A stretch of 64,000 nucleotides of DNA from an uncultured Actinomycetes bacterium (GTDB lineage Bacteria > Actinomycetota > Thermoleophilia > Solirubrobacterales > Solirubrobacteraceae). The stretch covers positions 41,409-105,408 of the forward strand of contig CAVYOK010000005.1 of the NCBI GenBank assembly GCA_963770165.1. Direction: 5' to 3'. Below, piece after piece: positions 1 through 9,222 of this stretch; within the stretch, counting starts at the first letter, position 1, and every line of letters begins with the position of its first letter. Both the position numbers and the translations under genes were made by a program. The notes under the pieces were generated by a model. The model saw only the letters and a list, made by a program, of their open reading frames with translations. It searched no databases and had not been told where the DNA came from.

Positions 1-1
1 G

Positions 2-643
2 TCGCAGGAAGAAGGGCTTGCATCCAGCACGCCGACCGCGCCGAGAGCGCCGAGAGGCGGCAGACCGCCGAGAACGGATCCCACCAAGAGCTGCGACGCC
101 CAGGGCGTCAACTCGACGCAGCTCTACCCGGGTGCCTGCACCGAACAGGGCGTCCGCTACGTCGTCGCCAACTTCGGAGGCGTCGTGAGACTGAGAACGC
201 TCGCCGTGACGATCACCGCCGCCGCGGTCAGCGGCGGCTACGAAGGTGAGGGCAGGGTCGTCGCGCCGCGCTTCGACGCCTTCCTGCGCATCAGCATGCA
301 GGTCCAGAACCGGGACAAGGTGCCGCACCGCTTCGGCCTCGGGCAGACGATGCTCGGGATCGGCGCGAACAACTACCTCGAGCGCCGCGACGTCGAGCGC
401 AGGTACCACTCGGAATCGCTGGTGAACGTGAACGGCGGGATGATCGGCCCGGGCGAGACGCTGCGCGGCGACGTCCTGTTCGACATCACCGAGGCCGACT
501 ACCAGGAACTGCAGAGAAGGGGCCGCTTCTTCATATGGAACTTCGGGGGGAGGGCGGCATCGCAGATCGCCAGAGGCGCGCAGGTCGGGCAGATCCGGCT
601 CTACGCGGGTGAAGCGAGCGCGGCCAGAGAACAGGCCGGCTGA
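2..643 (+). CDS. hypothetical exported protein, 5' end outside window
   Basis: The frame of ORF 185..643 stays open and GC3-rich back to nt 2 (..CDAQGVNSTQLYPGACTEQGVRYVVANFGG..). The GTG at 185 is therefore probably internal. No motif I can name. Confidence 0.45.
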   Translation, partial: SQEEGLASSTPTAPRAPRGGRPPRTDPTKSCDAQGVNSTQLYPGACTEQGVRYVVANFGGVVRLRTLAVTITAAAVSGGYEGEGRVVAPRFDAFLRISMQVQNRDKVPHRFGLGQTMLGIGANNYLERRDVERRYHSESLVNVNGGMIGPGETLRGDVLFDITEADYQELQRRGRFFIWNFGGRAASQIARGAQVGQIRLYAGEASAAREQAG

Positions 644-714
644 GCTGGACCCCGGGGGTACGCTGGGATGAGGCACGAGGCATCGGCATCGCACCAGCGT
701 CAGGAGGAATCGAG

Positions 715-939
715 ATGTCCCGACTGATCCGGATGGATGGCAGCGGCCACACGACGCTCGCCGAGTGGACGACGGACGACCCGGCGTCCGTCGAGACAGC
801 CGTCGCGGCGTTCCGCGCGGAGCTCGAGCTCGGCTCGATCGCGATGGTGACGCGGGGTCCAGGCCAGGCCGACCACGTGCGCGAGCTGCCGCTCGACGAG
901 CAGCTCGTGATCATGCGCCGCCCGATCGCCGGGGGGTAG
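715..939 (+). CDS. small hypothetical protein (74 aa)
   Basis: ATG is preceded by AGGAGG with a 7-nt spacer. GC3-rich frame. Next gene starts 3 nt after the stop. Confidence 0.55.
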   Translation: MSRLIRMDGSGHTTLAEWTTDDPASVETAVAAFRAELELGSIAMVTRGPGQADHVRELPLDEQLVIMRRPIAGG

Positions 940-942
940 CCG

Positions 943-1590
943 GTGTCGAGCGCCGGCGCGCTGCCCGAGCTCGCGGGCGTCTACTGGCGCCCGCGCATGA
1001 ACGCCGAGCGGTTGCGGGCGCGCGAGCGGCTGTGGACGCTCACCACGCTCGCGCACGTGGTGCCGTTCGTGGTAGTCGCGATCGGGATGCTGCTGCTGTC
1101 GCCGCTGGCCGCGCCCGTCTCGCTCGCGGCGCTCGCGCACGCATGGCTGATCCCGGAGCTGTACGCGCGGCGCGGAGCGACCGTCACGCGCTCGCTCGCT
1201 CCCGCCGCGGAGGGCCCCGAGCGCGTCTCGATCGGGCTGCTCGGCGATCTCGTCGACCATGACGCGCGCGAGCTGCACGCACGCACGGGGCTCGTGCCCG
1301 AGCCCGGTCGGCTCGGCACATGGCTCGTGGGGGAGGTCGGGGCGCTGCTCGTCGCCGGCCGGCGCGTCTCGTGCTGGTGCGTCAGAGCGACGGACCCCGA
1401 GGGCGTGCGCCTGCCCTCGGGCGATCGCGTCGCCCATCTGCTGCTCGCGCTGCGCAGCGACGAGGAGGGCTTCGCGACGGTCGCCAACCTCGCTTTCAGC
1501 GGCGCGCGCTGGCGCGTGCGGCGGCGATTGCCGAAGCGCCAGCGCGCCGCGCTCGACGCAGTCGTCGCACGCAGTACCCTTTCCGCATGA
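943..1590 (+). CDS. hypothetical membrane protein (215 aa)
   Basis: GTG start right after the previous stop. Two hydrophobic helices (VVPFVVVAIGMLLLSPLAAPVSLAALAHAWLI) are followed by a soluble domain. No family recognised. Confidence 0.55.
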   Translation: MSSAGALPELAGVYWRPRMNAERLRARERLWTLTTLAHVVPFVVVAIGMLLLSPLAAPVSLAALAHAWLIPELYARRGATVTRSLAPAAEGPERVSIGLLGDLVDHDARELHARTGLVPEPGRLGTWLVGEVGALLVAGRRVSCWCVRATDPEGVRLPSGDRVAHLLLALRSDEEGFATVANLAFSGARWRVRRRLPKRQRAALDAVVARSTLSA

Positions 1591-1781
1591 GCTCGTTCGA
1601 GAGTGCAGAGAAGCCCGAGAAGCCCTCGCTGGTCAGGCGCGCGCTCGCGCTGCTGGTCATCGTCGTGGCGGTCGTGCTCGCCGCGAAGCTCGTGATCGGC
1701 TTCGTGATGGCGATCTTCTGGATCGTCGTCGCCGTCGCGGCCGCGATTGCGGTGCTGTGGGCGCTGAAGACGCTGCTTTGA
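1587..1781 (+). CDS. small membrane protein (64 aa, two TM helices)
   Basis: Internal ATG of ORF 1320..1781 overlaps the upstream stop as ATGA. Product is MSSFESAEKPEKPSLVRRALALLVIVVAVVLAAKLVIGFVMAIFWIVVAVAAAIAVLWALKTLL. Confidence 0.5.
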   Translation: MSSFESAEKPEKPSLVRRALALLVIVVAVVLAAKLVIGFVMAIFWIVVAVAAAIAVLWALKTLL

Positions 1782-1809
1782 GGAATCCCGCCGCCCACCC
1801 CCAACACCC

Positions 1810-2133
1810 ATGGCGTACCTCGTCATCGCGCTCAGCTTCGCCCTCGCCGGCGGGATCGTCGGCCGCATCAAGGGCAGCTCGTTCTTCCTCTGGTTCCTGA
1901 TCTCGGGGATCGTGCCGGTGATCGGGCTGGCGGCCGCGCTGCTGTACCGCTGGGACCGCAATGAGCTGCGACGCCAGTGCCCCGGCTGCGGCCGTGTCGT
2001 GAAGCTGCACGACGCGCTCTGCACGCGCTGCGGCACCGAGCTCGACTTCCCCGACGTCGCGATCGCCTCGGAGGCCGACGTCGCCGCGCGGCGCGCAGGA
2101 GCGCGCGCGGAGGCCGCGAATTTGCCTCAGTAG
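1810..2133 (+). CDS. membrane protein with C-terminal zinc-ribbon (CPGC..CTRC)
   Basis: ORF track. Two N-terminal TM helices, then CPGCGRVVKLHDALCTRCG. Confidence 0.55.
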   Translation: MAYLVIALSFALAGGIVGRIKGSSFFLWFLISGIVPVIGLAAALLYRWDRNELRRQCPGCGRVVKLHDALCTRCGTELDFPDVAIASEADVAARRAGARAEAANLPQ

Positions 2134-2146
2134 CGGCAAATTCCGC
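2116..2146 (+). terminator. stem-loop spanning the stop codon of the 1810..2133 gene (terminator-like, no U tract)
   Basis: GCGAATTTGCC (2116-2126) pairs with GGCAAATTCCGC (2135-2146). 11 bp with one bulge and an 8-nt loop containing the TAG stop. Confidence 0.25.
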
Positions 2147-2226
2147 TGGTAGACTCGGGCGGGGCGTGGCACCTTGCCGCGCCGTTTCCGCATTCACACG
2201 AGCTTCTGGAAAGGAGGCGAGCGCAC

Positions 2227-3903
2227 ATGCGAGCAGTCGACGCGTTGATGGAGTGCCTGAAGGCGGAGGGTGTCGAGGTCGTATTCGGATTGCCCGGCGG
2301 CGCGAACCTCCCGACCTACGACGCCTTCTACGACGCGGGGATACGGCACATCCTCGTGCGCCACGAGGCGGGCGGCGGCCATGCCGCCGAGGGCTACGCG
2401 AAGGCGACCGGCAGGGTCGGCGTCGCGTTCGGCACGAGCGGCCCCGGCGCGACGAACCTGATCACCGCGATCTGCGACGCGATGATGGACTCGGTGCCGG
2501 TGGTCTTCATCACCGGCCAGGTCCGCACGGAGCTGATCGGGACCGACGGCTTCCAGGAGGCGGACATCCTCGGGATGACGCTCCCGGCGGTGAAGCACAG
2601 CTTCATGATCCAGCACCCGCTCGAGATCCCGCGCACGATCCACGAGGCGTTCCACATCGCGCGCACCGGTCGTCCCGGCCCGGTGCTCGTGGACATTCCC
2701 CAGGATCTCTCGCGGGCGGACATCCCGTACGAGCCGGTCAACGACGTGCACCTGCCCGGCTATCAGCCGACGACCGAGGGCAACCAGAAGCAGATCCGCC
2801 TCGCCGCCAAGGCGATGGCGAACGCGCGCCGGCCGGTCGTCTACGCCGGCGGCGGCGTCGTCAACGCGAACGCCGCGGCGGAGCTGCGCGAGCTGGCGCT
2901 GAGCGACCGCTTCCCCGTCACGTGCACGCTGATGGGGCTCGGCGCCTTCCCGGCCCCGCACGAGCAGTGGCTCGGGATGCTCGGCATGCACGGCACGCGC
3001 GCCGCCAACTACGCGATGGACGAGGCCGACCTGATCGTCGGGATCGGGGTCCGCTTCGACGACCGCGTGACCGGCAAGCTGTCGGAGTTCGCGCCGCGCG
3101 CCAAGTTCATCCACGTCGACGTCGACCCGGCCGAGATCTCGAAGAACGTGCCGGCGCACATCCCGATCGTCGGCGACGCGAAGAACGTGCTGGCGCGGCT
3201 CGTGACGGAGTACCGCGCGCTCGGCGCCGACCGCTCCCGCTTGGAGGACTGGTGGCAGCGGATCGAGGGCTGGCGCGCGCAGTACCCGCTCAGATACGAG
3301 GACACGACGGATGCGGAGATCCGCCCGCAGCGGGCGATCCAGGCGGTCTTCGAGGCGACCGGCGGCGAGGCGATCGTCACGAGCGACGTCGGCCAGCACC
3401 AGATGTGGACCGCGCAGTACTACGACTTCCCCGAGCCGCGCCGCTGGATCAACTCCGGCGGCCTCGGCACGATGGGCTTCGGCCTGCCGGCGGCGATGGG
3501 GGCGGCGGTCGGCTGCCCGGACAGGACGGTCGTCTGCATCGCGGGCGACGGCTCGGTGCAGATGAACGCGCAGGAGCTCGCTACCTGCGCCCAGAACGGG
3601 ATCCCGATCAAGGTCGTGATCGTCAACAACGGCTACCTCGGCATGGTGCGCCAGTGGCAGGAGCTGTTCTGGGACAAGCGCTACTCGCACGTCGACATGG
3701 GCAGCTTCCCCGACTTCGTCAAGCTCGCCGAGGCGTACGGCGCGACCGGCATCCGCCTGACGGACAAGGCGACGCTCGTGGACGACCTGAAGGCCGCGCT
3801 CGCGACCGAGGGCCCGGTCGTGGTCGACGTGCGCGTCACCGCCGAGGAGAACGTGTATCCGATGATCCCCGCCGGCCAGGCCGCGCGGGACATGGTGGGC
3901 TGA
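2227..3903 (+). CDS. ilvB: acetolactate synthase large subunit
   Basis: 558 aa. ThDP-enzyme motifs (GGGHAAEGYA, GLGTMGFGLPAAMGA, IAGDGS..QELAT). AGGAGG upstream. Followed by ilvN. Confidence 0.95.
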   Translation: MRAVDALMECLKAEGVEVVFGLPGGANLPTYDAFYDAGIRHILVRHEAGGGHAAEGYAKATGRVGVAFGTSGPGATNLITAICDAMMDSVPVVFITGQVRTELIGTDGFQEADILGMTLPAVKHSFMIQHPLEIPRTIHEAFHIARTGRPGPVLVDIPQDLSRADIPYEPVNDVHLPGYQPTTEGNQKQIRLAAKAMANARRPVVYAGGGVVNANAAAELRELALSDRFPVTCTLMGLGAFPAPHEQWLGMLGMHGTRAANYAMDEADLIVGIGVRFDDRVTGKLSEFAPRAKFIHVDVDPAEISKNVPAHIPIVGDAKNVLARLVTEYRALGADRSRLEDWWQRIEGWRAQYPLRYEDTTDAEIRPQRAIQAVFEATGGEAIVTSDVGQHQMWTAQYYDFPEPRRWINSGGLGTMGFGLPAAMGAAVGCPDRTVVCIAGDGSVQMNAQELATCAQNGIPIKVVIVNNGYLGMVRQWQELFWDKRYSHVDMGSFPDFVKLAEAYGATGIRLTDKATLVDDLKAALATEGPVVVDVRVTAEENVYPMIPAGQAARDMVG

Positions 3904-3906
3904 GCG

Positions 3907-4464
3907 ATGGGAGAGCCAGGCACGAAGGAGCTGATCAGCCTCGACGAGCTCGAGGCGGCCGGCAGCCTCAGGACGGGGCGCAAGCACATCCTCTCGATCC
4001 TCGTCGAGAACAAACCGGGGGTGCTGACGCGCGTGGCGGGCCTGTTCGCGCGGCGGGCGTTCAACATAGACACGCTTGCCGTCGGCCCGACCGACGACCC
4101 GACGATCTCGCGCATCACGCTCACGCTCGACGGCGCGGTGCACCCGATCGACCAGGTCACGAAGCAGCTGCACAAGCTCGTCAACGTGCTGAAGATCCGC
4201 GACCTCGAGCCGGAGGAGACGCTCGCGCGCGAGCTGGCGCTGTTCAAGCTCGCGGTCGACGGGCCGCAGCGCACCGAGGTCTTGCAGCTGTGCGAGATCT
4301 TCGGCGGGCGCGTCGTCGACGTCTCGAAGCGCTCGCTCGTCGTGGAGCTGACGGGGAGCGACGACAAGATCGAGGCGTTCGAGTCGCTCGTGCGGCCGTT
4401 CGGGCTGATCGAGATGACGCGCACCGGCGAGATCGCGATCGCGCGCGGTCGCGGCGAGACCTAG
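3907..4464 (+). CDS. ilvN: acetolactate synthase small regulatory subunit
   Basis: 185 aa ACT-domain protein (HILSILVENKPGVLTRVAGLFARRAFNIDTLAVGPT). Starts 3 nt after the ilvB stop. Confidence 0.93.
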   Translation: MGEPGTKELISLDELEAAGSLRTGRKHILSILVENKPGVLTRVAGLFARRAFNIDTLAVGPTDDPTISRITLTLDGAVHPIDQVTKQLHKLVNVLKIRDLEPEETLARELALFKLAVDGPQRTEVLQLCEIFGGRVVDVSKRSLVVELTGSDDKIEAFESLVRPFGLIEMTRTGEIAIARGRGET

Positions 4465-4481
4465 GCGCGCACACGCCTCGC

Positions 4482-5972
4482 ATGTCGTTCACACGTACGC
4501 GGCCCGGGGAGCGCCAGTGGCTCGATCCGGCCGCGCGCGCGCTGCTCGCCGAGCGGCTTGAGGTCGCGGTGCGGCGTGCACGCGCGGCCGGCGGCGACGC
4601 GCTCGCCGCTGTGACCGTCGCCGCTCCCGACGTCGACCCGGTCGCGGCCGTCGTCGCCTCGCGGCGGGCCGGCGAGCCGTGGTTCTGCTTCGAGCAGCCC
4701 GACCGCGACGGCGCGGCGCTCGCGGCGCTCGGATGCGTGCGGTCGGTGGAGATCCCACGGGGGCCCGCCTCCGGTGGCCACGTGGCCACCTCCGGCACCC
4801 CTAGCGGCGCCGGCCGCTTCCAGGCGGTCGCGCGCGAATGGCGGGCGCTGGCGGCCGCGGCGATCGCCGACCCGCCCGACGGGCCGGCCGGCGCCGGGCT
4901 CGTGGCGGTCGGCGGCTTCGCCTTCTCGCCGCAGGGCGCCCGCGCGCCGCAGTGGGAAGGCTTCCCATCGGCGTCGCTGCACGTGCCCGAGCTCTCACTC
5001 GCGCGTCGCGGCGCGGACGTGCGGCTCACGCTCGCCGCGCTCGCGACGCCCGACGACACGCCGGAGGACCTGCTCGCGCGCATCGACGTGCGCCTCGCGG
5101 AGCTGCGCGCCGACGTCCCGCTGCCGCTGCTCGACCCGGCGCCCACCGGCCGCTACCGCGTCGTCTCGGCGATGCCGCCCGAGCACTACGAGGGAGCGGT
5201 CGCGCGTGCCGTCGAGCGCATCCGCGAAGGCGCGCTCGAGAAGGTCGTGCTCGCGCGCGAGGTGCAGGTGCACGCGCCGCGCGACCACGACCCCGGCGCG
5301 GTCCTCGGCGCGCTGCGCGAGGGCTTCCCTGCCTGCTACGTGTTCGCGGTCGGGCGGGGGGACTCGACGTTCCTCGGCGCGACGCCGGAGCTGCTCGTGC
5401 GACGCGACGGCGAGCGCGCCTCGACGGTCGCGCTCGCGGGCTCGACGCGCCGCAGCGCCGACCCGGCCGTCGACGACCACCTCGGCGAGGCGCTGCTGCG
5501 CAGCGACAAGGACCGCGAGGAGCAGGCGATCGTGACGCGCCGCATCGCGCACGCGTTGCGCCCGCACGCGGTGTGGGTCACGCACGCGCCCGAGCCGGTG
5601 CTCGTCCGGATCGCGAACATCCAGCACCTCGCGACACCGATCCGCGCGCAGCTGTCGCAGCCGGTCGGCGCGATGGCGCTCGCGTCCGTGCTGCATCCGA
5701 CCCCCGCCGTCGGCGGCGAGCCGTTCGCAGTCGCGAAGCCGCTGATCCCGCAGTTGGAGGGCTTCGACCGCGGCTGGTACGCCGGTCCGGTCGGCTGGAC
5801 AGACGCGAATGGCGACGGCGAGCTATGCGTCGCCCTGCGCTGCGCGCTGCTGCGCGGTGCGATCGCGCATTGCTACGCCGGCGTCGGCGTCGTGCGCGAC
5901 TCGGTGCCGGCGGCGGAGCTGGCCGAGACCGAGGTCAAGCTGCAGGCGCTGCTGCCCGTGCTGGCGGGCTGA
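4482..5972 (+). CDS. menF: isochorismate synthase (menaquinone-specific by context)
   Basis: Last 496 codons of artefactual ORF 1977..5972, starting at ATG 4482 (MSFTRTRPG..). Chorismate-binding C-terminus (HPTPAVGG, GWYAGPVGW, ALRCALL, AGVGVV). Lies in the men cluster. Confidence 0.85.
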   Translation: MSFTRTRPGERQWLDPAARALLAERLEVAVRRARAAGGDALAAVTVAAPDVDPVAAVVASRRAGEPWFCFEQPDRDGAALAALGCVRSVEIPRGPASGGHVATSGTPSGAGRFQAVAREWRALAAAAIADPPDGPAGAGLVAVGGFAFSPQGARAPQWEGFPSASLHVPELSLARRGADVRLTLAALATPDDTPEDLLARIDVRLAELRADVPLPLLDPAPTGRYRVVSAMPPEHYEGAVARAVERIREGALEKVVLAREVQVHAPRDHDPGAVLGALREGFPACYVFAVGRGDSTFLGATPELLVRRDGERASTVALAGSTRRSADPAVDDHLGEALLRSDKDREEQAIVTRRIAHALRPHAVWVTHAPEPVLVRIANIQHLATPIRAQLSQPVGAMALASVLHPTPAVGGEPFAVAKPLIPQLEGFDRGWYAGPVGWTDANGDGELCVALRCALLRGAIAHCYAGVGVVRDSVPAAELAETEVKLQALLPVLAG

Positions 5973-6037
5973 CTCCCCCAAGTGTCCGGTTGCGTTCGCA
6001 TCCCCACTGCTTGCCGGTACGCTGGCGTTCGACTGAG

Positions 6038-6685
6038 ATGCCGGGACTTCGCGTCATCGAACCGCCGTCGTCGCCGCCGCCGCGCGAGGACACGCGCTCG
6101 CGCCTGCTGCGCGCAGGCGGGGAGGTGCTCGAGGGCGGCGGCTACGCGTCCGCATCCGTCGCGGCGATCGCCGAGCGCGCCGAGGTCGCGACCGGCACGC
6201 TCTACCGCCACTTTCCGTCGAAGGCGGACCTGTTCGTCGAGCTGTTCCGCGCGATCGGTGACGCCGAGCTCGGGGCGATGAACGAGGCCGCGGCGACGGC
6301 GCGCACCGCCGCCGACGAGCTCGATGCGGTGATCGCGACGTTCGCCGGGCGTGCGATGTCACGGCCGCGGCTCGCGTGGGCGCTTGTATACGAGCCGCTC
6401 GATTCTGCCGTCGACGCCGAGCGGGTCCGCTACCGCCGCGCGTACGCGCGGCGCATGGCGCGGTTCGTGCGCGAGCGCGTCGAACGCGGCGAGCTGCCGG
6501 ATCAGGACCCTGACACGACCGCGGCGGCGCTGATCGGCGGGATCGTCGAGGCACTCATCAGCCCGCTCTCGCCCGTCGCCGGCGGCAACGCCGACCCCGA
6601 TGCGGTGATCGTCGCGCTGACCGACTTCTGCCGTCGCGCGGTAGGGGCGGAGAGCGTGCCCGCGGCGACCGCGGCCGGCGCGTAG
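6038..6685 (+). CDS. TetR/AcrR family transcriptional regulator
   Basis: Internal ATG 6038 of ORF 4838..6685. The N-terminal HTH (RSRLLRAGGEVLEGGGYASASVAAIAERAEVATGTLYRHFPSKADLF) is typical of TetR. Confidence 0.88.
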   Translation: MPGLRVIEPPSSPPPREDTRSRLLRAGGEVLEGGGYASASVAAIAERAEVATGTLYRHFPSKADLFVELFRAIGDAELGAMNEAAATARTAADELDAVIATFAGRAMSRPRLAWALVYEPLDSAVDAERVRYRRAYARRMARFVRERVERGELPDQDPDTTAAALIGGIVEALISPLSPVAGGNADPDAVIVALTDFCRRAVGAESVPAATAAGA

Positions 6686-6698
6686 GCCAGCGGCCGAC

Positions 6699-8411
6699 TC
6701 AGGCGCGCAGCGCCGTGGCGACGGCGTCCCACACGCGCCGGTGCAGCGCGACGTTCGCCGCGCGCTCGGTGCGCACCTCGACGATCGTCACGCCGACGCC
6801 GTCGACCGCGCGCTCGAGCTCGGCGCGCAGCGTCGCGCGGTCGGCGGCGAGCACGTGGCGCGCCCCGAACAGCGCGGCTGCCTGCGCGAAGTCGAGACCG
6901 TGCGGCGTGGCGACGTGCTGCTCGAAGTCCGCGCCCTCGCGCGCGACTGGAAGGAAGTCGAAGATCCCGCCGCCGTCGTTGTTGACGAGCACGATCGTCA
7001 GGTTCACGCCCAGCCGCCGGGCCGACAGCAGCGCGGTGAGGTCGTAGGCGAGCGCGACGTCGCCGACGTGCAGCACGACCGGGCCGTCGCCGCCGGCGGC
7101 GACGCCGAGCGCGGCGGCGACCGTGCCGTCGATCCCGTTCGCCCCGCGGTTGGCCAAGCTCCTCGGTGCGTCGTCGTTCGCCCTCGCGAACGTCTCGAGG
7201 TCGCGGATCGGCATCGAGGCGGCCGTGAACAGCGTCGCCTCGCGCGGAAGCCCGTCGACCAGCTCGGCCGCGACCAGCGGCTCGCTCAGCTCGTCGCCGA
7301 GCGTCGCCGCGATCGCGCCGGCGGCGGCGCGATCGGCGTCGCGCCAGTGCTCCAGCCAGGCCTGCTCGCCGGCGTCCCGGTGCTCCGGCAGCAGCGCCGC
7401 CAGCGTCGCGAGCGGGTTGGCGGCGATGCGCGCGCTCACGACGCCGGCCGGGTCCTGCCAAGCGCCCTCCGCATCGAGCGTCACCTGCTCGGCGTCGAGT
7501 CCCGCGAGCCACGCGCGCAGCGGCTTCGAGGTCGGCAGGTCGCCGATTCGCACCACGAGCTGCGGGCGAAGCTCGGCGGCGAGGCGCTCGTCGCGCAGCA
7601 GCGCGTCGTAGTGGGCGATCGCCGCCGGCCCGCGTCGCGCGCCCGAAAGCGGGTCCGCGAGCAGCGGGTAGCGCGCGGCCGCGGCGAACGCGGCGATCGC
7701 CTCGCCGAGCGCCGGGTCGCGCTCGTCTCGCCCGGCGACGATCACAGCGCGCGGCGCCGGCGCGAGCGGCACCTTCGGCAGCTCGTCCGGTGCCGGAACG
7801 AGCGGATGGGCGACCCACGGGCGGCCGTCGGGGCGTGCCGGGCACGGGTCCTCGGCCGGCAGCGCGCCGTCGAGCACGAGCGGCTCGCGCAGCGGCACGT
7901 TGAGGTGGACGGGACCCGGTCGCCCGCCGAGGGCAGTCCACATCGCGCGGCAGGCGAGCGCGCGCATCCAGCGCACGCGCTCCGGCGTCGCCACATGCGT
8001 GCCGACCTCGACGAACCACTTGACCGCGTCGCCGTAGAGCTTGAGCTGGTCGATCGTCTGGCCGGCGCCGACGTCGCGCAGCTCGGGCGGCCGGTCGGCG
8101 GTCAGCACGATCAGCGGCACACGCGCGTGCGCCGCCTCGATCACGGCAGGCGCGAGCTCGGCGGCGGCGGTCCCGGAGGTGCAGCTCACGGCGACGGGAC
8201 GTCCCGTCTGCTTCGCGAGACCGAGCGCGAAGAAGCCGGCGACGCGCTCGTCGATGTGCGACCACGCTCTCAGCCCCGGCGTGCGCGCGAGTGACAGGAC
8301 GATCGGCGTGGAGCGGGAGCCGGGGGAGGTGCACGCGTCGGTCATCCCGCAGCGCGCCAGCTCCTCGCAGAAGGCGCGCAGGAGGAGGTACGTGTCCGTG
8401 GCGTCGGTCAT
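6699..8411 (-). CDS. menD: 2-succinyl-5-enolpyruvyl-6-hydroxy-3-cyclohexene-1-carboxylate (SEPHCHC) synthase
   Basis: 570 aa ThDP enzyme with a MenD-type N-terminus (FCEELARCGMTDACTSPGSRSTP..CTSGTAAAEL..LTADRPPELR). Confidence 0.92.
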   Translation of the reverse strand: MTDATDTYLLLRAFCEELARCGMTDACTSPGSRSTPIVLSLARTPGLRAWSHIDERVAGFFALGLAKQTGRPVAVSCTSGTAAAELAPAVIEAAHARVPLIVLTADRPPELRDVGAGQTIDQLKLYGDAVKWFVEVGTHVATPERVRWMRALACRAMWTALGGRPGPVHLNVPLREPLVLDGALPAEDPCPARPDGRPWVAHPLVPAPDELPKVPLAPAPRAVIVAGRDERDPALGEAIAAFAAAARYPLLADPLSGARRGPAAIAHYDALLRDERLAAELRPQLVVRIGDLPTSKPLRAWLAGLDAEQVTLDAEGAWQDPAGVVSARIAANPLATLAALLPEHRDAGEQAWLEHWRDADRAAAGAIAATLGDELSEPLVAAELVDGLPREATLFTAASMPIRDLETFARANDDAPRSLANRGANGIDGTVAAALGVAAGGDGPVVLHVGDVALAYDLTALLSARRLGVNLTIVLVNNDGGGIFDFLPVAREGADFEQHVATPHGLDFAQAAALFGARHVLAADRATLRAELERAVDGVGVTIVEVRTERAANVALHRRVWDAVATALRA

Positions 8412-8425
8412 GGAAGATGCGGGGG

Positions 8426-9172
8426 ATGGCGCGCGAGACGATCGTCCTGCTGCACGGCTTCACGCAGACGGGGCGCAGCTGGGAGCCGACGATCGCGGCG
8501 CTCGGCGAACGCTATCGCGCGCTCGCGCCGGACATCCGCGGACACGGAACGGCCGCCGACGTGCGGCCGATCGACTTCGCCGCCGTCCGGGCCGATGTCC
8601 TCGCGCTCGCGCCGGAGCGCTTCGCGCTCGCCGGCTACTCGATGGGCGGGCGGATCGCGCTGTCGATCGCGCTCGCCGCGTCGGAGCGCGTCTCCCGTCT
8701 GATCCTCGTCGGCGCCAGCGCCGGCCTCGCCGACCCGGCGGAGCGCCGCGCCCGGCGCGCGGCCGACGAGGCGCTCGCCGAGCGCATCGAGGGGGAGGGG
8801 ATCGAGGCGTTCGCCGCGCGCTGGTCCGCGCTGCCGCTGTGGGCCGGCCAACCGCCTGCGGTGGCGGAGGCGGCCCACGCGATGCGCCTCGCACAGTCGC
8901 CCGCCGGCCTCGCCGCCGCGCTGCGCGGGCTCGGCACCGGCGCGATGGAGCCACTGTGGGAGCGCCTCCCGCAGCTGGAGATCCCGGTGACGCTCGCTGT
9001 CGGCGAGCGCGATGCGAAGTTCCGCGCGCTCGCCGAGCGGATGGCAGGGCTGCTTTCCGACGCGACGCTTCACGTCGTTCACCGCGCCGGCCACGCCGTC
9101 CAGCTGGAGGCGCCGGAGGCGGTCGCCGAGCTGATCGCGCGCCGACCCGCCCGCTCTCCCGGTCGGCTTTGA
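8426..9172 (+). CDS. menH: alpha/beta hydrolase, probable SHCHC synthase
   Basis: Internal ATG 8426 of ORF 8291..9172 (MARETIVLLHGFTQTGRSW). Nucleophile elbow GYSMGG. Sits between menD and menC. Confidence 0.7.
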   Translation: MARETIVLLHGFTQTGRSWEPTIAALGERYRALAPDIRGHGTAADVRPIDFAAVRADVLALAPERFALAGYSMGGRIALSIALAASERVSRLILVGASAGLADPAERRARRAADEALAERIEGEGIEAFAARWSALPLWAGQPPAVAEAAHAMRLAQSPAGLAAALRGLGTGAMEPLWERLPQLEIPVTLAVGERDAKFRALAERMAGLLSDATLHVVHRAGHAVQLEAPEAVAELIARRPARSPGRL

Positions 9173-9222
9173 CCGCCGTCGCCACGGCTACTTCGCCGAG
9201 CGCGACAGAGCCGCTGCTGCCG

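Noticed and set aside
2134-2226. Ile/Val/Leu leader peptide upstream of ilvB, by analogy to the leuA leader
   Set aside because: There is no ATG and no short ORF enriched in branched-chain codons in any frame of the 93-nt spacer. Only the stop-codon hairpin at 2116-2146 was noted.
1977-4481. N-terminal approximately 835 codons of the 1331-aa ORF 1977..5972
   Set aside because: This part runs out of frame across the well-supported ilvB and ilvN genes and is Arg/Pro/Gly-rich nonsense. Only the last 496 codons (menF, from ATG 4482) look like a real protein.
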